This document shows, piece after piece, positions 9,684 through 18,752 of a stretch of DNA of 64,000 bases (positions within the stretch are counted from its first letter, which is position 1; every line of letters begins with the position of its first letter). The stretch lies in the NCBI GenBank assembly GCA_945881775.1, contig CAMCVE010000001.1, positions 63,836-127,835 of the forward strand. Reading direction: 5' to 3'. Position numbers and translations under genes: made by a program. The stretch comes from Bacteriovorax stolpii. Lineage in GTDB: Bacteria; Bdellovibrionota; UBA2428. Under the pieces are notes generated by a model, which saw nothing but the letters and a program-made list of their open reading frames with translations, ran no database searches and was not told the DNA's origin.

Positions 9684-10898
9684 CTAGAACTGAACACTCA
9701 AGCGTGCGGCCACGTCGTACTCTTGATCTCCGAGGCGAAGCTCGCCGTCTAAGTCACCAAAGTGCCAACTGACGCTCGGCTCAAACTGCAGATCCTGCAT
9801 GAGTTCAAACGCAACTCCAAGTTTCGAGAGGCCACTCGAGTCATTTAAATTAACGAGGTTCAGCAGACTGATCGTGGTGTGATTCCACGATCCTGGAGTC
9901 GGAGCAAAAATCGAAAAGAGCGCGTAGTCTCTGGCGAGCTGATAGGGTGTGTAAGCGCCCGCCGCAAGTGCCCAGACGTAGTCCGATTTCGCCTGATAGC
10001 CATCGTCGTTTCGGAAATACTCCACAGCGAAACTCAGGCTGTCATTGTCCGCGTAAGGCAGCTCATAACTAGCCCCGGCGACCCAGTCGAAGTTCGCGCC
10101 TTCAGGCACATAAGCTCCCGTCTGTCCAAAGAGCGTCGAGTTGGAACGGCTCGAATAAGCGAGCTCTGAATAAACATCAAAGTCGCCAAGAGCGGCAGAG
10201 AGATCCATTCCAAAAACAGCTTTTTGCCCTTGGAGTTTGGAGGCCGTGACTGCGAACTCGGCAGAACTCACAGGAATTTCAAGACGCAAAGAATTCCCGA
10301 CTTCGCTCAGCCGATCGGCACCTTCGAAGGAATTGACATAATAGAGATTGGCACTTCCGAGCGGCACATGTGTCTTAAGGATCGACACGCCCGAGCGGCG
10401 ATCATCCGAGTACAAGAGATCGCGAGGCGCAGCATTGACCACATCCGTCGGATTCCAGAACTTGCCACTGCCCCATTTAATCTTCTGCTTTCCGAGTGTG
10501 AAGAAGACGTCCTTGCTGGCATTAAAAAACAACTTCAACTCTTCGACGTCCGACGTCGAAGCCGGAACCGCAAGCTGCCCCGCATCTGACACACCTTCGA
10601 CCACGCCACGAAATTTTGCATAGGCCCGAATGTCGTTTCTCAGCCTGGCATCCAAGTAGACCGAGAGCGTATTGAGATTCCTGAGATAGTCGCGCGCTCC
10701 GACGACCGAATCATAAAAATCTACAGCAAGTGTGCCGCCGAGCTTGAGTCGATCTTCATCGGCGCCCGACTTTTCCTCAGCGCTAATGCCCTGTTCAGCG
10801 CCGAATCCTTTCTCAAATTCGTCGGAGGAGTCCTGCGCATAGAGCGGTAGAGCCATGAAAAGCGAAAAAACCAATGCAAAGTTATCAAATTTTCTCAT
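9684..10898 (-). CDS. outer-membrane beta-barrel protein, unknown family; last gene of the ABC/LolA-like cluster
   Basis: Signal peptide (MRKFDNFALVFSLFMALPLYA-QD). The length of about 400 aa is rich in alternating aromatic and polar residues. The C-terminal sequence ...RLSVQF ends in Phe, the usual BAM recognition signature. The start was chosen at the second Met; the track start is 10928. Confidence 0.5.
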   Translation of the reverse strand: MRKFDNFALVFSLFMALPLYAQDSSDEFEKGFGAEQGISAEEKSGADEDRLKLGGTLAVDFYDSVVGARDYLRNLNTLSVYLDARLRNDIRAYAKFRGVVEGVSDAGQLAVPASTSDVEELKLFFNASKDVFFTLGKQKIKWGSGKFWNPTDVVNAAPRDLLYSDDRRSGVSILKTHVPLGSANLYYVNSFEGADRLSEVGNSLRLEIPVSSAEFAVTASKLQGQKAVFGMDLSAALGDFDVYSELAYSSRSNSTLFGQTGAYVPEGANFDWVAGASYELPYADNDSLSFAVEYFRNDDGYQAKSDYVWALAAGAYTPYQLARDYALFSIFAPTPGSWNHTTISLLNLVNLNDSSGLSKLGVAFELMQDLQFEPSVSWHFGDLDGELRLGDQEYDVAARLSVQF

Positions 10899-10903
10899 AC
10901 ATA

Positions 10904-11680
10904 TCACTTGCTCTTGGATTCGATCCAAGCCTTGCTAAAAATGTTGGTGTCGAGAGATGAGAGATCGGTCTCCTTGATCAAGATGACAGTGGAATTTCCT
11001 TTCTCGATCTCATCAAAAATCCGCATCTCCTCGGGGATCCAGACATTGGCCTTTTTGGAGGGGCTAAATTTCTTGGTCCACTTTGGATAGAACGTCGTGC
11101 GCATCAGCTTGCCCGAGAGTGACGACTCTTCACGCTTAAGCACGTTCTTGTCGAGCTGATCCACCCACAGCGAAATCACGGGGTAGGCCACATCGGATTT
11201 AGGCTTCGCAACAAGTTTCATCTTGTGCGTCTTGAAATTGCCGAGCGTGCCCTCACCCTCGTAAGTGACGTCGTACTCATCGGCAAGCCGAGACTCATCG
11301 AAATCTCCGCGCCGCGAATTGGTGCCACCAATGCGCTCACGCTCAGTCCGACGCTCCCATTTCCCTGTCGAGGGATCGTACATCCACAGGTTCTTGTCGA
11401 TCTTAAGGTACCCTTTGCCCGCCTCTTCTTTGGGCTTCGTAAAAAGAATCATAAACTTGTCGTCGGTGTCACGACGATAGACCACAGCCTGAAAGACTTT
11501 AGGCTCGAGTTTGCGCTCGGTCTCTTTGACATAGCAGAGAGACGTGTAGTCACCCGAATTGCGCTGTCTCTCGTCGACAAGCTTTACAAGATCAAGGGCC
11601 TCTTGGGGTTTAAGAGGTACGGCCTGCACCGCTCCAGCCAGAAATATTGCGATAAGAATGAGTACTTTCATAGACATCAA
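10904..11680 (-). CDS. LolA-like outer-membrane lipoprotein-sorting family protein (periplasmic)
   Basis: Signal peptide (MKVLILIAIFLAGAVQA) and a soluble domain of about 230 aa. Size and composition resemble the LolA-like superfamily proteins that sit next to FtsX ABC transporters. Family assignment is from memory, not a search. Confidence 0.55.
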   Translation of the reverse strand: MMSMKVLILIAIFLAGAVQAVPLKPQEALDLVKLVDERQRNSGDYTSLCYVKETERKLEPKVFQAVVYRRDTDDKFMILFTKPKEEAGKGYLKIDKNLWMYDPSTGKWERRTERERIGGTNSRRGDFDESRLADEYDVTYEGEGTLGNFKTHKMKLVAKPKSDVAYPVISLWVDQLDKNVLKREESSLSGKLMRTTFYPKWTKKFSPSKKANVWIPEEMRIFDEIEKGNSTVILIKETDLSSLDTNIFSKAWIESKSK

Positions 11681-11687
11681 AGATCTC

Positions 11688-13046
11688 CTAGTTCACGTGG
11701 TTGATCGCGGTGATGGGCTTCATTTTGCTGGCTCGGTAGGCAGGAATAAAAGCCCCCAAGATCAATAACACAGACAGCGTCGTAAACGTTATGAGAAGGT
11801 CCGAAGCTTGAAGGTCGAGCCAAAGAGAATTGGACATCAGGAACATCACAAAGGCTTCGGAGCTAATCTGAACATCAATCAGATTCAAAAGGCCCACAAT
11901 TCCCGATCCGATGAGGATTCCTGCACCGACACTCATCACCGCCAAGAGGCACGATTCGATGAGGAACATCACCAAGACCCCGCGTCGTTGCAGACCAAGA
12001 GCCCGCATCGTTCCGATTTCAGGTGTGCGCTCACGAATCGACATCCACATGTTGTTCACGAGACCAACGGTTACAATAAACATCAGCGTGGCCGTAAGCG
12101 CTACGGTGAGCGCATTGAAAATATCGAGGATCCATTTGAGGAACGAGGTCTCGTCCTGCCAGTCTGTCACATCGAGCTTTTGGCCGGACCATGACTCACC
12201 CGCAACGCGCTCGAATTTCATCCAAAAAGGGTTGGCATCCTTCTCCATGAGGGCATAAGAAGCCGCCGAAAGCCCCTTGCGCAATCTGTCATCTACTGCA
12301 GAAACCTGATCGATAGACTTCAAGTAGATCTGGAAAACACCGGTCGTATCCGGATCGAGATCGTAAACCTCTCGTGCATCGAGATGGTTAATAAATGTCG
12401 TGAAACTTGAGATGAGACCGAGATTCTTTAGGATGGCAGCAACCCGAAGATCCTTAGTGTTGTAGATGTTGCGGTAGGTGGGCATCGAAATGGTGACGGT
12501 GTCGCCTACTCGCACCTTGAGCTTCTTAGCCTGCGAAGCAAACATCACAATGCTTCCCTGCTGGGCTAGGTCCATCATGCGACCCGGGAGCTCAGGCTTG
12601 GCATCCGATGCAAGATCACCTTCGATGTAATCACCTCTCTCTGCAAGCGCGAGCCCTCCGAGCAAAGTCTCTTCCTTGGCCATATCGATGCCCGACATCG
12701 GGACCATGATCGAGTTCTCATCCGAAATAATTTTTCCGTAAGCACGCACGCGCTCAACAACAAGCGTTGCCTCAGGAACAGTCTCTGCGATGAGAGTACG
12801 AAGCTTTGAAGCGCGATTGATCACGGGAGCCGCTGAAGACTGACTGATTTTTAGAAAACCACCCACGTTGAGGTGACCTGTCGAAAGCGCTGTCGCATTC
12901 TCGATCATGCGATTGCGAATTCCCGCCGTCAGAGCGAGCATCACCACAACCAAGGTGGTTACGAGCGCGATCGCGCCTCCCAGAACGAGGCTTCGCCCGC
13001 TGTGGCTTGTGAGGTTGCGAAAAGCGATCACAAAAAATTGTCTCAT
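11688..13046 (-). CDS. ABC transporter permease, FtsX/MacB-like (1 TM, periplasmic domain, 3 TM)
   Basis: N-terminus MRQFFVIAFRNLTSH... is typical of FtsX-family permeases, and the C-terminus has three TM helices. There is an SD (AAGAAGGG) upstream of the ATG at 13046. Confidence 0.8.
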   Translation of the reverse strand: MRQFFVIAFRNLTSHSGRSLVLGGAIALVTTLVVVMLALTAGIRNRMIENATALSTGHLNVGGFLKISQSSAAPVINRASKLRTLIAETVPEATLVVERVRAYGKIISDENSIMVPMSGIDMAKEETLLGGLALAERGDYIEGDLASDAKPELPGRMMDLAQQGSIVMFASQAKKLKVRVGDTVTISMPTYRNIYNTKDLRVAAILKNLGLISSFTTFINHLDAREVYDLDPDTTGVFQIYLKSIDQVSAVDDRLRKGLSAASYALMEKDANPFWMKFERVAGESWSGQKLDVTDWQDETSFLKWILDIFNALTVALTATLMFIVTVGLVNNMWMSIRERTPEIGTMRALGLQRRGVLVMFLIESCLLAVMSVGAGILIGSGIVGLLNLIDVQISSEAFVMFLMSNSLWLDLQASDLLITFTTLSVLLILGAFIPAYRASKMKPITAINHVN

Positions 13047-13060
13047 CAGAGAGGCCCTTC

Positions 13061-15148
13061 TTATTCACTGGACTGCATCGCTTCGAGCGGTGAGATTTTC
13101 ATCGCACGCCAAGCGGGGTACTGAGTCGAAACCAAAGCCACAATCGTCATACACAGTGACACAATCGCAATATGCATAATATTGACCTGAAGGTAGAGTC
13201 GATCTCCCGAGAAAAAGAAGGTGGCAACGTCGCCCATCGCGGGAATGCCACGAGCGCCGACGGCCAGCACGATACCAACGCCAATGAGCGTACCCACAAG
13301 ACCAAAAACAAAACTCAAGACAAATGTTTCGCGCAGAAAGAGTCCAAGCAGGAAAGAGCGTTGAGCTCCGATGGCGCGCATCGTCCCGATTTCCCGACGA
13401 CGCTCGAGAGTCGCCATCAGCATCGAATTCATAATGATAAACGTTGCGACGCTAAAGATGACAAAAACAAAGAGATACAAGACTCCGCGTACCATTACAG
13501 TCAGTTGACCCACGATGCCCGCAGAGTCGCGCCAGTCGGCGGCCTGAAGTCCGAGTTTTTTCTCATCATTTTTTGCTCGAATCTCTTCGAGGGTGGCGTC
13601 TAGACGCGAGGGATCTTTTAGCACAACGGAAGCGTTCATAAACACGCCGTCTTCCATGTCTGAGCGTGAGTATTTGGTGTCGAGATCGCGTCGTTCGCTG
13701 TCGACCTGACCGAAGCGACCCTGGGTTAGGCTCTGCAAATTGCTCGTGACTCGAGTTTCTGAGGTCGACTCTGTCGCCGCTCCAAACATCGCCTCAATAT
13801 CGTCACGGCCCACATCACCGAGACCCATCTCCGCATCAAGACTTTCGGTTTCGCTACGACGTTCAGCCGTGAGAATCCCGAAAAGCTTGCGGAATGAGAC
13901 CATATCCATCACGTTCAGAGCACCCGCTAGCGGCGAACTTTCGAAACTTCTGAAGCGGTAAGTGCCGTAAACTTTCATGTTCACTGATGAGGAATATCCG
14001 GACTTCGTGAATCCCGTGATCGCGAAGGTGTCGCCCACTTTTACTTTATAGAGGATGAGCTGAGGAGCGATCTGATCATAAAAAAAGGTGTAACGAGTGG
14101 GGAAATTCGTGTCATCCATTGCAAGGAACTCAGACACAAGCTCGGGAAATTTTGATGACTTTGAACCCAATAGTTGCTGAAGCCTGGGCAGCAAAGTCGC
14201 CGCAGCAGGCGGCTCGATCTGACTGTAGACTTCGGCTGCCTGCGCGATATTGGCCTTTACTTTATCTTGAAGGTCTTTACTGCTTTTAAGAGTGAGCTTC
14301 TCTTTATCAATCTGCTTTTTGATTTGATCGAGACGACGCGCGACTCGGTGCTTGACCTGGTTTTCGTAAACAAAATCACTAAATAAAAAGCCTCGGCCCC
14401 CTTCAGGGATCATCGTCCCTTTGACGACTTCAAACTGCGGAAAGGCTTCCTCAAAAAGCTCTGGAACTGTGCCGAAGTAGCTCAGGTAGAGTTGGTTGTC
14501 ATCGAAGATAAGCGGCGCCATCTTGTTCGCCAGAAATTCGAGACGGGCGTCGCTGTGCCGATCGAAGTCATTCCAGAATGACTGATCCAGGGCCTTAGCG
14601 ATATTCTCACCGGCGTCCTTGAAGAGTTTCTCACCCCCGAAGACACCTCCGAGATTGTCCTGATTCTCGGTCTGACTTCGTTCAATATCGCGCACAATCA
14701 TGCGCACATGTTCTTTTAGGGCAGCGAGGCGCGCGTCATCGCGCGGTGTCTTCTTGTAGGACGCCCGCAATTCTTCGAGCTTGAGGTCCAGGAGATTTCC
14801 GGGATTGAGCATCGCGAAACTAATACCCATTGGAATGACGGCTTTGATATTGGGAATTTCTAAAAGTGCAGTCTTAACTTTTTTGAAATCAGGCAGGTAA
14901 CCAATGTCGGGGAGGTTCCCATCGCTTCCACCAAGGACGGCGATCTTCTCTTTCGCGTCGGCGGCGTAGACCTGGATGTCGCCCGTAAGACTGTTGGTGA
15001 GACTTTTTTGCATGCCACCTGAAATCGCATCGACCACAGAATTGCCGACAATTGCTAGCGTCGTCCCGAAAACAATGATGAGTCCTGTGACGAGAGTCTT
15101 CAAGCGATGAACGAAAAGATTACGAAACGCGAGTTTCCAAAGAAGCAT
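13061..15148 (-). CDS. ABC transporter permease, FtsX/MacB-like with a large (about 450 aa) periplasmic domain
   Basis: N-terminus MLLWKLAFRNLFVHRL plus a TM helix, and a C-terminal FtsX three-helix bundle. At 695 aa it is unusually large for a LolC/E-like permease. Confidence 0.8.
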   Translation of the reverse strand: MLLWKLAFRNLFVHRLKTLVTGLIIVFGTTLAIVGNSVVDAISGGMQKSLTNSLTGDIQVYAADAKEKIAVLGGSDGNLPDIGYLPDFKKVKTALLEIPNIKAVIPMGISFAMLNPGNLLDLKLEELRASYKKTPRDDARLAALKEHVRMIVRDIERSQTENQDNLGGVFGGEKLFKDAGENIAKALDQSFWNDFDRHSDARLEFLANKMAPLIFDDNQLYLSYFGTVPELFEEAFPQFEVVKGTMIPEGGRGFLFSDFVYENQVKHRVARRLDQIKKQIDKEKLTLKSSKDLQDKVKANIAQAAEVYSQIEPPAAATLLPRLQQLLGSKSSKFPELVSEFLAMDDTNFPTRYTFFYDQIAPQLILYKVKVGDTFAITGFTKSGYSSSVNMKVYGTYRFRSFESSPLAGALNVMDMVSFRKLFGILTAERRSETESLDAEMGLGDVGRDDIEAMFGAATESTSETRVTSNLQSLTQGRFGQVDSERRDLDTKYSRSDMEDGVFMNASVVLKDPSRLDATLEEIRAKNDEKKLGLQAADWRDSAGIVGQLTVMVRGVLYLFVFVIFSVATFIIMNSMLMATLERRREIGTMRAIGAQRSFLLGLFLRETFVLSFVFGLVGTLIGVGIVLAVGARGIPAMGDVATFFFSGDRLYLQVNIMHIAIVSLCMTIVALVSTQYPAWRAMKISPLEAMQSSE

Positions 15149-15157
15149 TGGCTGACC

Positions 15158-15838
15158 TCAGGACTCAGCAACAATGACACCATCGCGCAGCTTGATAATG
15201 CGGTTGGCTTGACGGATCACGTTGTCATCATGAGTTGAAAAGAGAAAAGTGGTTTGCTCACTGCGGTTGATTTCTTTCATGAGGTCAATGATGCTTTGTC
15301 CCGTTACGGAATCGAGGTTGGCGGTAGGCTCGTCGGCAAGAACAATCCTTGGCTTGGTGACAAGAGCCCGAGCAATCGCAACGCGCTGACGCTGACCGCC
15401 GGAAAGTTCATTGGGCCGATGCTTCATATGATCTTGTAAGCCAACTTTCTCGATAAAATGCATCACGCGACTGCGGCGCTCCTCTTTACTGAGGTCTTTC
15501 ATCAGCAAAAGGGGAAACTCGACATTGTCATAGACATTCAGGACGGGAATCAAATTGAAAGACTGGAAGATAAATCCGATCTTGTGAAGTCGAAGATCCG
15601 TGAGCTCTCGCTCCGTAAGCTGGGCGGTGTTGGATCCCCCGACGACAACATCTCCAGAAGAGGCCACATCCACGCAACCGATGAGATTGAGAAGAGTCGT
15701 CTTGCCACTGCCCGAAGGACCCGCGATCACCGTAAACTCACCCCGATCGATACTGAGGCTGACATTCTTCAAGGCTGGGACCGTAACTTTTCCAAGATGG
15801 TATTCTTTGACGACGTTCGAAAGTTGAATGTTGTCCAT
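15158..15838 (-). CDS. ABC transporter ATP-binding protein (LolD/MacB-ATPase-like)
   Basis: Walker A (GPSGSGKTTLL), ABC signature (LSGGQRQRVAIARAL), Walker B (LADEPT) and H-loop are all present. Confidence 0.9.
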   Translation of the reverse strand: MDNIQLSNVVKEYHLGKVTVPALKNVSLSIDRGEFTVIAGPSGSGKTTLLNLIGCVDVASSGDVVVGGSNTAQLTERELTDLRLHKIGFIFQSFNLIPVLNVYDNVEFPLLLMKDLSKEERRSRVMHFIEKVGLQDHMKHRPNELSGGQRQRVAIARALVTKPRIVLADEPTANLDSVTGQSIIDLMKEINRSEQTTFLFSTHDDNVIRQANRIIKLRDGVIVAES

Positions 15839-15932
15839 GAGGCCTCATACTCGGTTTTCAGATGGCATTTGTCTATTCACCGTTGCAAGCGCCAGAAGTT
15901 CATCTCGCTACGCGTTGCAGCCATCCCTTCTC

Positions 15933-17831
15933 TTATTTGAGAGGCGCGTCTGGCTTCCAAGGAAGTCGCGCCTCGTACCATTTTCGGGAGCCAATGACCT
16001 TTGTTTGGGTCTCATCGTCAAAAACAGCCAAGCCTAATTCCAAAATTCCATACTCAATGAGAGCGAGGCTTCGTGTGCTTTTGTCGCCAAGCCTCAGATA
16101 CGCACGGAGGTCGACGTCGGAGGACTTGAGATTCAGATCCGTGAACTCGACAAGATTGGGACCCATACGAAAGTCAGTCGTGCCCCGGAGTTTCTTCATG
16201 TCAGCGAATCGCCCCACGTTTCGAGCAATACGGGAAGTGTTGGCAAGGACTGCGAGGACAGGTCTCGCATCATCGACCCCGAGACTCGAATGACCATAAA
16301 AAACGATGGGCGCGCCGAGATCGATATGAGCCTTCTCGAGGATCACCTCACCCGACCAAGGTGGTCTCGATGCCTTCTTGATCTTGTCTTCCTTGAGAAC
16401 ACGAACCCCCGAAAAAGCGAGCCTCGATCCCGAAACCTCAAACTGAGTGGCCCCTTTTGCAGTGTCTTCGATCCGTGCTTGAAACGCGAAGTCGCCTGAG
16501 AGTTGAGTCTCACGGAAGCGAGCCCGAGCCCCAATCGCCTCAACCTTACAAAATCCAACGTCCGATGGGCGCCTTGTGGAGACCTGCAACTTTGCCTCAA
16601 GTGTCGCCGTGCCCCCGAGAACTTCGAACTGCTGTGCGAGCGGGACAAAGTTGTTAATAAACCTCAAATCCGTCAAATCGACACGATCAAGAACAATGCT
16701 CGCGCTAAGATCTGAAAGTTCCGAGAACATTTTACGGATGCTCAAGTCATAGCTGTCTGCCACAATCTTGAGATCGTCGCCCTTGGCGATATCGAGTTTG
16801 TGCGCAAGATCGGACACCACATAGTGATCAATCGCGAGGTTCATACGCATCCGAGGTCGCTCATCCCGCGAATCGAGACTCCACTCCGCTCGTCCCGCGC
16901 CCTGAGCACGAAAATTCTCAGAACCCGCCCCCATCCTCTTCGCGGTGATACTTGCCGTAGAGGGATCCCGAAAAACACCGTCAGAAATATTGGCATCAAT
17001 GGAAAAATCCCCTGTCACGCCCAGAAGCCTCATCCAGGGAATGCTTTGGAAGTAGTGATTCAGGAAATCTGCTTCCTCGAGGCTTCCTTGCAAATCGACG
17101 TGCGCATTGATCTTGTCAAAAATTAGCTCCGCCTCTTCCTCCTGGGGCAGCCACTCAGACAGTTCCGAATCAATGCGACCCGAAAGCTTCGAGCTTAGAG
17201 TCCGTGTGCCGACAACGACTTTTCCGCCACCGAAATCAACGCGAGCTTCCCCGATCTCCAGGTTTCGACCGGGCCACAATCGTAGCTCACCACCGATAAA
17301 TGCCGGCCCCTGATACGAGTAATCAAACACAGAAATCTGCGTAAAATTTTTGAGAGAAATGCCATCTAAATGAATTCGGTAGGGGCCAAGCTCGGAAAGT
17401 GGAGCTTTGGGATCAACGGGAAGTCGCTCCCCGCGACGGAGCCAAAAGAGTCCGCCATCAGCCCGAACTGAGAGAGCGTGGAATCGGCGAGATAGCAGCG
17501 CAAAAAGGTCCAACATCACGTCGACCTTGGCGAGCTCAACACGCCACAAAATGGAGCCATCGTGTCCCTCGAGTTCAACGCCCCTTAGATGAATTAAGCC
17601 TGGAAACAGTGTCCAGGCTTCGGTGTAGTCGAGGCGCAGTTTCTCGGGCTGTGTGTTGATCAAAGCCGGGATCCGGTGCTCCCGGAGAACGATGTTTGCG
17701 ACGCTTACGTAGGCAATCTCAATAACAAGAAAAAGCACCGCAAAGCCTATAAGAAGCTTTTTTGTCTTTTTTGAAGCTTTCAAATGAGTTTCCGCCCGAT
17801 ATCCAGCATAGCCGGAAGCGGCGGCACACAA
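15933..17831 (-). CDS. large membrane-anchored periplasmic protein, possibly AsmA/TamB-like (DUF748-like); first transporter-linked gene of the cluster
   Basis: Basic N-terminus (KASKKTKK) followed by a single TM (LLIGFAVLFLVIEIAYV). The rest, about 600 aa, is beta-rich, repetitive and amphipathic. The track start is a TTG at 17831. An in-frame TTG at 17783 would give a classical short positive N-terminus followed by the TM helix. No clear SD precedes either candidate. Confidence 0.45.
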   Translation of the reverse strand: MCAAASGYAGYRAETHLKASKKTKKLLIGFAVLFLVIEIAYVSVANIVLREHRIPALINTQPEKLRLDYTEAWTLFPGLIHLRGVELEGHDGSILWRVELAKVDVMLDLFALLSRRFHALSVRADGGLFWLRRGERLPVDPKAPLSELGPYRIHLDGISLKNFTQISVFDYSYQGPAFIGGELRLWPGRNLEIGEARVDFGGGKVVVGTRTLSSKLSGRIDSELSEWLPQEEEAELIFDKINAHVDLQGSLEEADFLNHYFQSIPWMRLLGVTGDFSIDANISDGVFRDPSTASITAKRMGAGSENFRAQGAGRAEWSLDSRDERPRMRMNLAIDHYVVSDLAHKLDIAKGDDLKIVADSYDLSIRKMFSELSDLSASIVLDRVDLTDLRFINNFVPLAQQFEVLGGTATLEAKLQVSTRRPSDVGFCKVEAIGARARFRETQLSGDFAFQARIEDTAKGATQFEVSGSRLAFSGVRVLKEDKIKKASRPPWSGEVILEKAHIDLGAPIVFYGHSSLGVDDARPVLAVLANTSRIARNVGRFADMKKLRGTTDFRMGPNLVEFTDLNLKSSDVDLRAYLRLGDKSTRSLALIEYGILELGLAVFDDETQTKVIGSRKWYEARLPWKPDAPLK

Positions 17832-17851
17832 AAGTCTGCAAGGCTTAAGTT

Positions 17852-18724
17852 CTAATAATAGAGCTCAGGCAACTGCACGTCATCGAGATACTCGGCGGGT
17901 TTTTCACCAAAGACACGTTTGAGAACTTGGCGATCTTGGAGGCTCCACTTGAGCTTGCCGTCGAAATGCTCAAGGACATGGTCGTGAGACTTCTCCACAT
18001 CGCCATTCTTCAGAGCCATCGCATCGAGGAAATAGTCAGGATAGAAAAAATTCCAATTGAGCCCCTCGTACGCAATCACCGATTGAAATCCCGCGTCGAG
18101 AAAGTCTGGCGAGAGCGAGTTTCCAAAACAGGCCTGGAGATAAAGTCCGTCGGAATAGCGAAGCTTGCCCTTGAGGGCGCCAATATCTCGGAACGAAATC
18201 ACGCCCTGGCCGGGCGAAGAGATCAAGTGATTGGGGATGCCGTGCGCAAGAAGCATGACGTCGTAGTCTTGCTTGAGGGATTCCATTTGGCGCAAAGCCT
18301 TGAGGAAACTGTCTTTATTGAAACCGTTCCATTGAATTCGAAGGACGTAGTTGTAGGTCTTCTGAATTTTTGGGGCATAAAGCCACCAGAGGACGTTCTC
18401 GAGACGAATGTCTGATCGATTGTAGATCTTAGCGAACTCGGGCTGCAGTCTTTTTCCAACGACATCATCTGCAGCGATGAAAAGTAGATTCTTCGTGCGC
18501 TTTTGAATGATCGAAACGGTCTGACCGCGCGGACCCACCGTCGTGGTCTTGCGATAGGGTGCCATCTGAATCCATTCGGTCTTTCCGCCGGGGAGAGTTT
18601 GAATCGAAGAGACGGTCAGGGAGCTGGGCGCTTTCGGGTAGATGCAACCTTGAGCAGCTACGAGTGAAACAAGGAGAAGGGACTTAGCGAGAGCATTCTG
18701 AAGATTGAATATTTGCTCTAACAT
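17852..18724 (-). CDS. hypothetical secreted protein, probable lipoprotein
   Basis: Strong SD (AAGGAG) 7 nt upstream of the ATG at 18724. The signal peptide ends in ...LVAAQGC, which is lipobox-like. I recognise no known domain. Confidence 0.55.
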   Translation of the reverse strand: MLEQIFNLQNALAKSLLLVSLVAAQGCIYPKAPSSLTVSSIQTLPGGKTEWIQMAPYRKTTTVGPRGQTVSIIQKRTKNLLFIAADDVVGKRLQPEFAKIYNRSDIRLENVLWWLYAPKIQKTYNYVLRIQWNGFNKDSFLKALRQMESLKQDYDVMLLAHGIPNHLISSPGQGVISFRDIGALKGKLRYSDGLYLQACFGNSLSPDFLDAGFQSVIAYEGLNWNFFYPDYFLDAMALKNGDVEKSHDHVLEHFDGKLKWSLQDRQVLKRVFGEKPAEYLDDVQLPELYY

Positions 18725-18752
18725 AAATCCCTTCTCCTTATTGTTGGGACGA

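Noticed and set aside
9671-9685. Small hairpin AGCAAA-gct-TTTGCT between bcp and the beta-barrel gene
   Set aside because: 6-bp stem with a 3-nt loop overlapping the stop codon. It is marginal stability-wise and there is no U-tract.
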